The notes beneath the pieces are model-generated. The model made no database searches. It saw nothing but the letters and a program-made list of their open reading frames with translations, and was not told the DNA's origin. DNA of 64,000 nt from Mobula birostris. Its lineage: Eukaryota. A program made the position numbers and the translations under genes. The DNA is taken from contig NC_092374.1 of assembly GCF_030028105.1 (NCBI RefSeq), positions 178,832,057-178,896,056 of the forward strand. The letters are read 5' to 3'. Shown piece after piece: positions 25,620 to 37,724 of this stretch. Every line of letters begins with the position of its first letter. The stretch's first letter is position 1.

Positions 25620-28010
25620 GGGGCAAAATTAAAAAGGAGTTGAATATGGGACTTCAGGTAGATGATCTTCTAGTGCAATTATAGATTGGTATGTATGATG
25701 TTGTGGGCATCACTGACTCATGGCTGATGTAAGATCATAGTTAGGAGCTTAACATCCAAGGATACACATTGTATCAAAAGGACAGGCAGGTAGGCAGAGG
25801 GGGGGGATGGGGTATTTATTTATTTGTTTGTTTAGATACAGTGCAGAGTAGACTCTTCCAGCCCTTTGAGTCATGCCGTCCAGCAATTCCCCCAATTTAA
25901 TGCTAGCCTAACCATGGGACAATTTTACACTGGTACATCTTTGGGAGGAAACTGAGCACCCGGAGGAAACCCATGTCACCATGGGGAGAAAGCAGTAAGT
26001 CCTTACAGGCAGTGGTGTAAATTGAACCCAAATTGCCTGTACTGTAAAGTTTTGTGCTAATCACTGCAGTGCCATTCCACCCCACCAAGTAGGGTGGCTG
26101 TGTTGGTAAAAAATGAAATCAAATCCTTAGAAACAAGTGAGATAGGTTTAAAGATGAAGTTTATTTGTGGGTAGAGTTAAGAAACTGCACGGGTAAAAGG
26201 ACACTAATGGGAGTTACATAAAGGCCTCAAAACAGTAGCCAGGAACTGAGATGTAAATTGCAATGGGAGATAGAAAAAGCATGTGATAAGGGCAATGTTA
26301 CAATACTGATGGGGAATTTCAATATGTAGGTAGATTGGGAAAATCTGATTGGTGCTGGAATTTGTAGAGTGCCTCCAAGATGACTTTTTAGAGCAGCTTC
26401 TGGTTGCATCCACTAGGGAAAAGGCAATTCTGGATTGGGTATTGTGTAATGTGCCATATTTGATTGGAGAGTTTAAGGTAAATGAATACTGAGTGATCAT
26501 AATCTGATAGAATTCACCCTACAGTTTGAGAGGGAGAAGATAAAGTCAAATGCGTTTGTGTTATAATGGAATAAAGGGAATTACAGAGGCATGAGAGCGG
26601 AGCTGGCAAAAGTTGATTGGAAGGGGACACGGGCAGGGATGATGGCAGAACAGCAGTGGCTGGAGTTTCTGGCAGCAATTCAGATGGTGGAGGATAGATG
26701 TATCCCAAAGATGAAGAAGTATTCTAAAGGGAGGATGAGGCAACTGTGACTGACAAGGAAACGTAAAACAGCATAAAAGGAAAAGAAGGGGCATATGATA
26801 GAGTAAAAATTAATGGGAGGTTAGAAGATTGGGAAGCTTTTAAAAGCCAACAGAAGGCAATTAAAAAGCAATAAAGAGAGGAGAGATGAAATACGAAGGT
26901 AAGCTAGCCAATAAAATCAAAGAGGATGCCAAAACTTTTTTCAGATACAAAAAGAGCAAAAGAGAGACTTTGGTGTATATCAGACGCCAGGAAAAGGTGC
27001 TGGAGAAGTAGTAATGGGGTACAAAGAAATGGCTGATGAACTTAATAAGTATTTTGTATCATTCTTCATGGTGGAAGACACTAGCAGTGTGCCAAAAATT
27101 CAGGAGTGTCAAAGGGCAGAATTGAGTGTAGTTGCAATTATTAATGAGAATGTGCTTCGGAAGCTGAAAGGTCTGAAGGTAGTAAGTCACCTGGACCAGA
27201 TGGAATACACCTCAGGGTTCAGAAAGAGCTGGCTGAAGAGATTGTGGTGACATTAGCAGTGGTCCTTCAAGAATTACTATATTTTGGAGTGGTTCTGGGG
27301 GGCCAAAAAATTGCAAACACTCATTAAGAAAGAAGGGAGGCAGAAGAAGGGAGATCATAGGCTAGTTAGCCAGATGTCAGTGGTTTGGAAAATTTTGGAT
27401 ACCATTATTAAAGATGAGGTTTCAGGGTGCTCAGAGGCATGTGATAAAATAGGCCAAAGTTAGCATAGTTTCCTTAAGGAGAAATCATGCCTGACAATTT
27501 TGATGGAATTATTTGAGGAAATAACAAACAGGATGTTGTTTACTTGAATTTTCAGAAGGCCTTTGACAAGGCCTCGCACGTGAGACCATTTAACAAAATA
27601 AGAGCCCATGGTATTTCAGGAAAGGTACTTGCATTGACAGAAAATTACTTTCTTGGCAGGAAGCAAAGAGAAGGAATAAAGGGGGCCTAATCTGGTTGGC
27701 TGCCAGTGAACAGTAGTGCTCTGCAGGGGTCGATGTTGGGGCTGCTTCTTTTTACGATTTGGATGCAGAATTGATGGCTTTTTGGTCTAGTTTGCAAACA
27801 ATATAAAGATAGTTGGAGGGCAGGTAGTGTTGAAGAAGCAGAGAGTCTGCAGAAGGACTAAAACAGATTAGGAGAATGAGCAAAAAAGCGGCAGATGGAA
27901 TATAGTGTAGGGACGTGTATGATCAAGCACTTTGGTAGAAGGAATAAAGATCTAGACTATATTCTAATTGGGGGAAAAAAGTGAAAAGTCAGAGTTAGAG
28001 CATAAGCCAC
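25620..28010 (+). mobile_element. Degenerate CR1 ORF2 (endonuclease to RT) with a V-SINE insert at about 25810-26090
   Basis: GYKEMADELNKYFVSFFMVED; TTTCAGAAGGCCTTTGACAAGG; RT remnants with many stops. Confidence 0.75.
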
Positions 28011-31000
28011 AGGAGTAGAATTAGGCTATTTGGTTAATTGAGTCTGCTCTGCCATTCAATCATAGCTAATCCTTTCTTCCCCTTTCTCAGCTCCCCTCCC
28101 TGGCCTTCACCCTGTAACCTTTGACGCCGTGTCCAATCAAGAACCTATCAAGCTCTGCCTTAAATACACCCAACCACCTGGCCTCCACAGCTATCTGTAG
28201 TAATAAAATCCACAAGCACACCGTCCTCTGGCTGAAAAAAATGTCTCCGCATCTCTGTTTTAAATGGATGCCCCTTTATCCTGAGGCTGTGCCTTCTTGT
28301 CCTGGACCTCAAGCATAGTACTATTTCAGGCAACTTTATAAGCCTCTGTCTTCAATTAAATTCTAAATTCTCTCATCACGACTAAGCATATTTGGTCATT
28401 GATGATATTTTTGCAAATGATATATTATCTCATAAGTGCAAGCCCATCATCATTTCCTTAAGCATATTTTCCCAGTTAGCCACATCTCAGTGTCCTCTCA
28501 TTCATCCATTCACCTGTTAAGATGTAAGAACTGAGTCAGGTTAAACTACATCCGATCATGTTATTATCAGTATTTACCACAGACCCTAACAACAAGATTA
28601 TCAATTAACCCCTTTCAATGCAAACAAAAAAGGAAGATCTAAAATAACTTTACCCAAGTGGTTTGTCCATACGTTAAATTGGAAAACTACCTCATATGCA
28701 TTCCATGAGTTCCCCCTTACTGCTAATCCTGTGTATTAGTAGATAAAATGTTCCCATCGTTATCTTACCTTTTTTCACCCACTGTATTTGTCACGATCAG
28801 TGTTACGTTTATGACCACTATTTGGTTACCCGTGAGGAACTCCTACCAATGTTTCTGCTCATTGCTATTAGCTTAGCATGAAATGATTTTAATTCAAGGT
28901 CATGATCCATCCAAACAAGATAATTTCCAGCATCTGCACATTTTCTCTTGTTTGTGAGATAATTCCTCACCAGTGTGCTGATCTCTTTCCTTACTGATAA
29001 TACAACACCAAGAATTTCACTTATCTTCTCCCTCCAAAGATTGTACATCTTTGAGCATTTAGTCACAATGCAGCCATTCTTCTGTACCGGCACTGAGATA
29101 ATACTCATTTTTATTTTGTGTCATTTTCTCACTTACTTTGTTGCCAATACTGTGAGCATTTAGATGGAGCAGTTTTTGCTTTGCTTCTTAAACTTTTTAC
29201 TGTACTTTGACTCCATTTGTTGCATGACTTTGGTTCCAATGACTAATTATTATTTATCTAGTTTTCCACTTCCTGCTTTGTTTAGTTTCTCCCTGAATTC
29301 TCTTTAAGCTTCCATCCCCACGTAAAGCTAAGGTATAGCATTACTAATATCAGTACCAAGACCCAAACTTGGTTGAGGTCTGAAGAAATACCACTCCCAT
29401 GCTGCAGAAGTGATTGCAATAAATTAGTGTCACTCCAAGACCTCTGACTTAAATTGACCTTTGGGCATTAAAGTGACTGCATCTTCCTTTAATGATTCGC
29501 CCGCAGTGCAGGTCCCTCACAGGCTAGACTGGAGGGTCAGCCGCGAATCCAATGCACTAGTCTCCCATGTAGAACTTAAAGCTACAGGCTATCAGCCAGA
29601 GTTTAAATTCCTCTCAGCAATTACAATTACAATGTTTAAAAGACATTTGGACAAGTACTTGGATAGGAAAGGTTTAGAGAGTTGTGGGCCAAATGGGACC
29701 AATGCAAGTTGGCAACTTGGTCCGCATGGACACCTTGGACCAATGTTTCCCTGACTTATAATGATTCTAAATCATCCGCTACAGCGAATGACAGATACCT
29801 TAAGCCCTCCCTCCCTTTCTATCTTTTGCCATGCATTTATCGGCCCCATCCTTTTATTTCTGAACTCATTCACATTCATAATAATCCTAAAATCCTGCAC
29901 TTTAATCTCTTTCCCAGTTCCCTAAATTCCTAAATATAATGAACCGGTGAGAATTCTGGAGACTACATATCTTGGGATTGCTCCCACTGCCAGCTCATTT
30001 GGTAGGAGTGCAATTTCTGCTTGGAAAACCTGCGGCTTTAAGTTCCTCATGGGAGATCAGAGCTCTCCTGAACTCACCCCATTGCCCAGCTCCCCTCCCA
30101 TTGCACAGTACTGATCCAAAACGCATTCCAACGCTTTTCTCTCTCCATCTATAAATCCAAAACTATTTCATCCTCTTCTCTTCATCCTCTATCCATTTGA
30201 TACTATCCCACTTTCTGTCTGCACAAAACACTGCTCCGCTCTTTCCCCATGATCTGGTATCAACCCAAAGTTAATCTCGCCCCTATCACCTTCATGAATC
30301 CAGTACCAGTTAACTGCCCTCCCCATAGCCCTTTATCAGTCGCAGGGATTCCTGATGCCCTGTTCCTTCCTAAAGGTATAGCCTTTTCCTCTCTGCCATC
30401 AGATTTCCGAATTGTCCGTGAACTCATTAACACCACCTCACTATCCCTCTTTTGTATTATTTATTTATTTATTCATTTAATATTGGTAACGTATATTTTT
30501 ATGCACTGCTGCCCCAAAACAAAACAAAATCCTGACGAAGGGTCTTGGCCCAAAACGTCGACTGTACCTCTTCCTATAGATGCTGTCTGGCCTGCTGCCT
30601 TCCACCAGCACTTTTTATGTGTGTTGCTTGAAATTCCAGATCTGCAGATTTCCTCATGTTTGCGTCATGAGATATGTCACTGCTTCTGATCCTAAAGGAG
30701 ATTTGTCAGTGCAAAGCTAATCAGAATTAGGTTTTAGTGTCATTGGCACCATCCGGGAAACGGTACCGCAGCATAAAAACCAGGACCAACAGGCTCCAGG
30801 ACAGCTTCTTCCACCAGACCATCAGACTGATTAATTCATGCTGATACAGTTGTATTTCTGTGTTATATTGACTGTCCTGTTGTACACACTATTTAATATA
30901 AATTACTTTAAATCTCACATTGCACATTTAGATGGAGACATAACGCAAAGATTTTTACTCCTTATGTATGTGAAGGATGTAAGTAATAAAGTCAATTCAA

Positions 31001-31109
31001 TTCATATCATGAAATTTGTTAACTTTGCGGCAGCAGCACAATGCAGTGCATAATATATAAATAATATTACTTATTTAACTATTTTTATATACATATACAT
31101 ACACTAAGT

Positions 31110-31384
31110 ATGTACGTGTGGCCTCCGTCGGTCGTGGTTGACCGTGGGTACTGCGCCTCTGGTAGTCACTGGTTTGTCGAGCAGCGTCGACTGTGGCTAT
31201 TGAGGCTGATCCTGGAACGGCAATGGTTGCTGTTGCTGCTGCGGCTGCCACAGTTGCTGCATGTGTAGGGTGTCGTGGAATTGTTGTCATCTATCCACTG
31301 TGCTCTTCTCAGACTGACTCAGGATCACTCTTCCGCCTCGCTCTGGGTGTTGCTGAAGAGTACCTCGCCATTTGTTGCGGAGCG
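31110..31384 (-). mobile_element. RTE-clade LINE 3' fragment
   Basis: Minus-strand frame CSNC..HCRSRISLNSHSRRCS* matches the RTE C-terminal Cys/His motif. Confidence 0.65.
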
Positions 31385-31389
31385 TGTAT

Positions 31390-32100
31390 ATAAAAATAGT
31401 TAAATAAGTAGCGCAAACACATAAATAAAAAACGTAGTGAGGTCGTGTTTCAGTGTCCGTTCAGAGACCAGATGGCAGGGGGAAAGAAGCTGTTCCTGAG
31501 TTTTTGAGTGTGTGCTTTCAGGCTTCTGTACTTCCTTCCTAATGGTAACGGTGAGAAGAGAGCATGTCTGGGTGGTGGGGGTTCTTTTTTGAAGCACCGC
31601 TCCATGAAGATATCTTCGATACTACAGAGGCTAATACCCATGATGGAGCTGACTAATTTTACAATGCTCTGCAGAATACTTTGATCCTGTACAGTAGCAG
31701 CCCCCCATACCTGATGGTGATGCAGCCAGTCCGAATACTCCCCGCGATACATCTGTAGAAATTTTCGAGTGTTTTAGGTGAAATTCCAAATCTCCTCAAA
31801 TTTCTAATGAAATATAGACGCTCTTGCCTTCTTTGTAGCTGCATCGATATGCTGCGAATAAATCAGGTCCTCAGAGATATTAACACCCAGGAACTTGAAA
31901 TTGCTCACTCTCTCCACATCAGCTCCCTCTGTAAGGATTGGTGTATGTTCCTTCACCTTACCCTTTATGAAGTCCACAATCAGCTCTTTGGTTTTAATGA
32001 CTCTTGAGTGCAAGGTTGTTGCTGTGACACCATTCAACTAGCTGGTATATCTCCCTCCTGTACGTCCTCTCGTCAGCATCTGAGATTCTGCCAACAATGG
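31390..32100 (-). mobile_element. Rex1/Babar-like LINE 3' fragment
   Basis: VERVSNFKFLGVNISEDL; HALFSPLPLGRKYRSLKAHTQKLRNSFFP. Confidence 0.7.
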
Positions 32101-32659
32101 TAGTATCTAGCCATGCAGTCATGGATGTAAAGAGTGTTAGCCATAAAGAACTACAGTCTGCAAATCAGTGAATTCGAATGAATCAAACATAGCGGAAGCA
32201 GATGGACCAATTGTCTTTGTTCGTACCATAAGGGGGCAGATGGAGGCTGCCATTTGTGCTAAAGTCGCTTGGCGTAATCAGTGTTTTAAAGTTGACTCAA
32301 TGATGCCTCAGGGAATCTACTGAACGAGGAATCATTTCCAAATAAGAAGTTATTTGAGTGCTGTTTTTGGGTTGGATATAGCATGCAGGTTTGTAAATGT
32401 GGTCTCTGTCTGGTCTGTGTGATTCAAGTAGATGCTGATTGAGAACAAAGAGCCATCGATTGCCCATTGTCACTTGCAGGGAAGAAGACAATAAGTGGAT
32501 GTTGGCCTGGAGAATAGCTAATAAAAAGGTGTTAAAGTTTAGACACATGACCTACAGCCATTGACACTGGAATGTACTATTTGAATTGGTAAGAAATGAA
32601 TATAAAAGCAGCCGTTTATAGTTTGCTGGCAGTGGTTACTCTGTAGGAGAACAACTTTA

Positions 32660-32950
32660 TTTTATTAACAAAATATACTTCCCTCACAATGAAATTACTT
32701 ACAACAAACCATTCAATAACTCTAAATTCTTTACAGACATTACCATTACATTCTATACAGTTTCACAATTTCAGCCACTTACATGGCACTCTGTTGGTTC
32801 ATATTGTATAACCACTGTTGAGGGGTATAGTCCCCGCCACCCAACCCCTCCCACTTCCACGGGAGAAGAAGCCTAAACCATGGTCCTTCCCCACCAGGCC
32901 CTTGCAGTGGTTGCACCAAGTTCCAGTGCACCCCTCAGCATGTAGTCCTT
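32660..32950 (-). mobile_element. Older Tx1-clade LINE 3' fragment
   Basis: Reverse complement aligns by eye to 35720-35860 (GGACTACATGCTGAGGGGTGCACTGGAACTTGGTGCAACCACTGCAAGGGCCTGGTGGGGAAGGACC). Confidence 0.7.
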
Positions 32951-33077
32951 CAGCCACAAATGTGAACAACTATCGTGGATGTGAGGTGCCCCAGTCACGT
33001 GGAGATCTGAAACAGGACTCTGAGGAACATGTGGTCAGCAGCAGAAACTCCCTTTTAACTGGTAATATCTTTACTGT

Positions 33078-36000
33078 GCCTCCTGAGAGCCACCTGTCGC
33101 TTACGGGAGGACCAGAAGGCAGGCAGGGGGACGTGGAAGCTGAATGTTAAGCTGCTGACCCCAGAGAACATCGAGGAACTAGAGAAGGAGTACACAGGTT
33201 GGAGAACCTTGAAAGCCTTCTTTGATTCCCCGGTTCACTGGTGGGAAGCTACCAAGGAGAACATTAGGAGGTTCTTCATTCGCAAGGGTATCCAGAAAGC
33301 AAGGCAGGAGCAGAGGGAACTGCGTAAACTCCAGACAGAGTTGCAGCAACTTCTCCTTCTGCAGTCGAAGGGGGTGGATGTCAGGGAGGAACTGCGAGAG
33401 GTGAAGGGCCGGCAAGCCCAGAACCTCGCCGCCGAATCCTCCAAGATCATCTTCCGATCAAGGGTCCGAACCGTGGAGCAGGACGAGACGTGCTCACGCT
33501 TCTTCTTCCAAAAGGTGCACAGGGGGAGCTCTGTGATCCACAACCTTAAGGAAGAGGACGGCTCAGTCGCGACCTCGCAGACCGACATACTGAGGATCTG
33601 CAAGTCCTTCTATGCCGGTTTGTACGACGAAAAGGCCACAGAATCCACAGCCTCCCGCAACTTCCTGTCGTCTATCACGCAGGTCTTAGACGACGGTAAG
33701 CGGGAGAGTCTGGATCAGCCACTGACCCTGGACGAGCTGACAGGCTCCATCCGTTCCTTTGGGTCGGGTAAGACTCCCGGAAGCGACGGCTTACCGGCTG
33801 AGTTGTACTCGGCTCTGTGGAACTGGATGGGCCCAGACCTGCTGGAAGTGTACAACGCTATGCTTCTGGCGGGTAGCATGTCTGAGTCCATGAGGAAGGG
33901 CATCATCACCCTCATCTACAGGCAGAAGGGGGAAAGGGAGGACATTAGGAATTGGAGACCCATCTCTCTCCTCAATGTGGATTACAAGATCCTGTCCAAG
34001 GCTATCGCCAACAGGGTCAGGTCTGCTCTGGGACAGGTGATCCACCCGGACCAAACCTGTGCTGTACCGGGCAGGAAGATCTCAGACAGCCTCGCGCTGC
34101 TGAGGGACACCATCGCCTACGTGCAGGACAGGGGGGTGGACGCCTGCCTGGTCAGCTTGGACCAGGAGAAAGCCTTCAACAGGATATCGCACACATACAT
34201 GGCGGACGTGCTCTCCAAAATGGGATTTGGTGAGGGGATCCGGAATTGGATCAGACTGCTCTACGCAGACATCCGTAGTGCAGTCCAGGTCAACGGGTGG
34301 GAAACAGACAGCTTCCCCATCAGGTCTGGAGTCAGGCAGGGCTGTCCCCTCTCCCCTGTCTTGTTTGTCTGCTGTATAGAACCCTTTGCCGAGGCCATCA
34401 GGAGGGATGAGGGCATAAGAGGGGTGACGCTGCCAGGCAGTGGAGGGACCCAAGTGAAAACCTCCCTGTACATGGACAACGTCACCGTCTTCTGCTCTGA
34501 TCCGAGGTCAGTTCGCAGGCTGATCAGCATCTGTGAACAGTTCGAGCTAGCGACGGGGGCCAGGCTCAACCGCACGAAGAGCGAAGCCATGCTCTTCGGC
34601 AACTGGCCAGACCGATCCAGCGTCCCCTTCACCATCAGGTCTGACCACATGAAGGTGTTGGGGATCTGGTTCGGAGGGGCCGAGGCGTGCAACAAGAACT
34701 GGCGGGAGCGGACTGCCAAGGTGAAACAGAAACTGGGACTGTGGGGAGGGCGCTCCTTGTCGATAACGGGCAAGAACCTGGTCATCAGGTGTGAGGTGCT
34801 CTCAGGGCTGCTGTACTTGGCGCAGGTCTGGCCCGTCCCCCGCTCCTACAGCTTGGAAATCACCCGGGCTGTCTTCAGATTCGTCTGGGGATCCAAGGTG
34901 GAGCGGGTGAGACGGACCGCCATGCACAAGTCCCTGGACAATGGGGGCAAGAACGTCCCCAATGTCGCCCTCACCCTGATGGCCAGCTTCGTGTGTGGCT
35001 GCATCAGGTTGTGCGTGGATCCCAGATACGTGGGCACAAAGTACTACTATGTGCCCAGGTTCTACCTGTCACCCTGGCTATGAAGGATGGGTCTGGCCCC
35101 ACTCCCGCGCAACGCCCGCGTCAGCTGGTCGTTGCCCCCTTACCTGTCCTTCGTAGAAAAATTCTTCAAGACCAACGCATTTGACCACAGGGCCATCAGG
35201 CAGTGGCCGGCACGTAGTGTCCTGCAGGCACTGCAGGAGAAGGACGTGATGGACACAGTGGCGTGGTTCCCTGAGCAGACCGTCCAGTTCATCTGGCAAA
35301 ATGCCTCATTGCCAGATCTCACCAACAGGCACAAAGACCTCGCCTGGCTGGCAGTGAGAGGAGCCCTCCCAGTCAGATCCCTCCTGTACGCCCAGAACGG
35401 TTCCTCCACACCCCACTGCCCACGGGAGGACTGTAATGGGTTGGAGTCGGTGGCTCACCTCTTTGCACACTGTGGGTTCGCAAAGAAGGTGTGGAAGAGA
35501 ATGGAAGGGACAGTACTAAGATTCATGCCCAGCAGCTGCATTACCGAGGACTCCGTGATCTACGGGCTGTTCCCGGGGACGCACACGGAGACCAACATCC
35601 GGTGCTGCTGGCAGATCATCAATTCGGTGAAAGACGCTCTTTGGTCGGCCCGAAACTTGATGGTCTGCCAGCTGACAGAGATGTCCGTGACTGAATGCTG
35701 CCGACTGGCACACTCTCGTCTGCAGGAGTACGTTCTGAGGGATGCACTCAAACTTGGTGCAGCCACCGCGAAGGCCCGGTGGGGAAGGACCACAGTTTAA
35801 CGTTCATCACCCGTAGGAGGGGGAGAGGTTGGGTGGGGAGGAGACCTACCCTCATCAGCGGTGTGGACAGATAATCAACATGGTGCCCAAGGAGTGGGTG
35901 CAATTGTTAATTTGGGAAAGTATTAGAGCCATTGCCTGCCTTTATTGTTGAAAATTTTGATTGTTATTAAGTCTTAACTCTTGACCAAGGGTTGAGAGTA

Positions 36001-36175
36001 AACGCATGATTTACTTTAAACATCTTTCATTTATAAATGAACAGAGTCAACGCAAAATTTTATTGTTAATAACTGTATTGAATAAGGACTCACAGTCAAC
36101 GAATGGTTTTCTTTTCCTGTATGTAATTATTTTTATTTTGTAATATTTCTGAATAAAGTATTTTTGGAAAAAAAA
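33078..36175 (+). mobile_element. Tx1-clade (L1 group) LINE, 5'-truncated, young
   Basis: One frame from 33080 to 35800 with a single internal TGA (35081-35083). Shows endonuclease C-terminus GTWKLN, RT motifs KTPGSDG/NWRPISLLNVDYKIL/GVRQGCPLSP and a C-terminal Cys/His motif. AATAAA plus A-tail; exact 14-bp TSD AATATCTTTACTGT (33064-33077 and 36176-36189). Confidence 0.95.
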
Positions 36176-36339
36176 AATATCTTTACTGTACTTTGACTGC
36201 TCATGGAAGGTCAGGAAAACTTAGATGGTGTGCACACAGGTATTGGCTGTGCAAGTTCAAGTGTTCCTCCATTGAGACAATAAATATCGGTAAATACAGA
36301 TACTTTTTGTGCATCACTGATTATTATTATTATTATTAT

Positions 36340-36930
36340 TATGAGGAGTGAATCTTGTAACAAGATTGTAGAGTAGTGGACTAAGCACACATCCCTGAGG
36401 TGTGCCAGTGAGTCATGGAGGCCGAGATATTATTACCAATCCGCTCAGATTGTGGTCTTCCAGTTAGGATGTCGAGTATCCAGTTGCGGAGGGAGCTACA
36501 GAGGCCCAGGTTCTGTAGCTTTTTGATCAGGACTGTAGGAATAATGGTGTTAAATGCTGAGCTATAGTTAATAAACAGCAGCCTGACATGGGTATCTGTA
36601 TTGTCCAGGTGATCCAAGGCCACTTGGAGAACCAAAGAGATTGCCTCTGCTGTAGACCTATTGTGATGACAGGCAAATTGCAATGGGTCCAGGTCCTTGC
36701 AGGCAGGAGTTAAATCTAGCCATGACCAGCCTCCCAAAGCATTTCATCACCGTAGTTGTGAGTGCTACTGGATGATAGTCATTAAGGCAGCTTGTACTGC
36801 TCTTCTTGGGCATTGATATAGTTGTTGCCCTTTTGAATCTGGTGGGAACTTCTGACTGTAGCAGTGAGAGATTGAAAATGTCTTTGAACTCTCCCACCAG
36901 TTGGTTGGCACAAGTTTTCAGAGCCTGACT
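36340..36930 (-). mobile_element. Rex1/Babar-like LINE RT fragment
   Basis: DIFNLSLLQSEVPT..YHPVALT; [26 protein letters not shown]. Confidence 0.7.
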
Positions 36931-37279
36931 AGGTACCCCATCGGGGCCTGCTGCCTTGCGAGGGTTCGCCCTCCTGAGAGACAGCCTCCGAGTCAGAGAT
37001 CACAGGGAAGTCCTGATGCAGGATATCAGCCCAGTACACTGGCACTTTCTTTCCCCCACAAATGCTGCTCAACCCACTGAGTTCCTCCAGCAGATAGTTT
37101 GTTGCTCGAGATTCTAGCATCCGCAATCTCTTGTGTAGGTAATCATGGAAGTTTGCTGTTTAACTTTGATATTGAAATTGTGGCTTGTCTATGATCCAAA
37201 TGTTTTAAGTCCCCAGTGCAGAATGCTATTGAAGGAAAGGGATATTACTAAAGGAGGCCCAAGGAAGGAAACACTGTGA

Positions 37280-37545
37280 CTGGCTCAGTGGCACAGTGTG
37301 TGGAGCTGCCTCGCAGTCTGAGCAATTTGAGTTTGATCTTAACCTCTGGTGCCCTCTGTGACTCCATGAGTTCCCCCAGGTGCTCCGGTTTCCCCCCATA
37401 TGGTTAGTTGCATGCTGTACATTGCTCCATCTATGCAGGTGGATGAGGGAATTAATTGGAATGTGGGGAGACTAAGTTATAGAGAATGGGATTGCTCTCA
37501 GAGCTAGAATAGACTCAGTGGGTCAAATGGCCTTGTTAAGGACAT
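37280..37545 (+). mobile_element. V-SINE copy
   Basis: TGGCTCAGTGGCACAG head, B-box-like GAGTTTGATCTT, and core GGTGCTCCGGTTTCCCCCCATA. Confidence 0.6.
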
Positions 37546-37620
37546 ACAGAAATAACATGCAATACTGTAATAGGAGTAGGGTGGTAGGAGTGAAAAAAGA
37601 ACCAGTAAAAACCAGCTGAA

Positions 37621-37724
37621 GGGTGGGGCAATGCTGAATAGGACTGTTGTGCTGGAAATTCCCTTCTTTTCTTATCACACATACTGCATGACACAATCAA
37701 AACCCAACTCTTTCACTTTCGTTT
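37621..37724. promoter_or_regulatory. Candidate NF-kB plus ISRE enhancer
   Basis: GT/GC box GGGTGGGGC at 37621-37629; GGAAATTCCC at 37654-37663 (reverse complement GGGAATTTCC, canonical kB); CTTTCACTTTCGTTT at 37710-37724 (reverse complement AAACGAAAGTGAAAG, canonical IRF/ISRE). Lies in apparently non-repetitive sequence. Confidence 0.55.

Noticed and set aside
28818-29108. 96-aa minus ORF resembling a coiled protein segment
   Set aside because: Embedded in old LINE-like and Penelope-tail sequence; no splice or domain support.
32297-32548. 83-aa minus ORF in the apparently unique island
   Set aside because: Ends in a stop with no recognisable domain, and the acceptor is weak (AAG).
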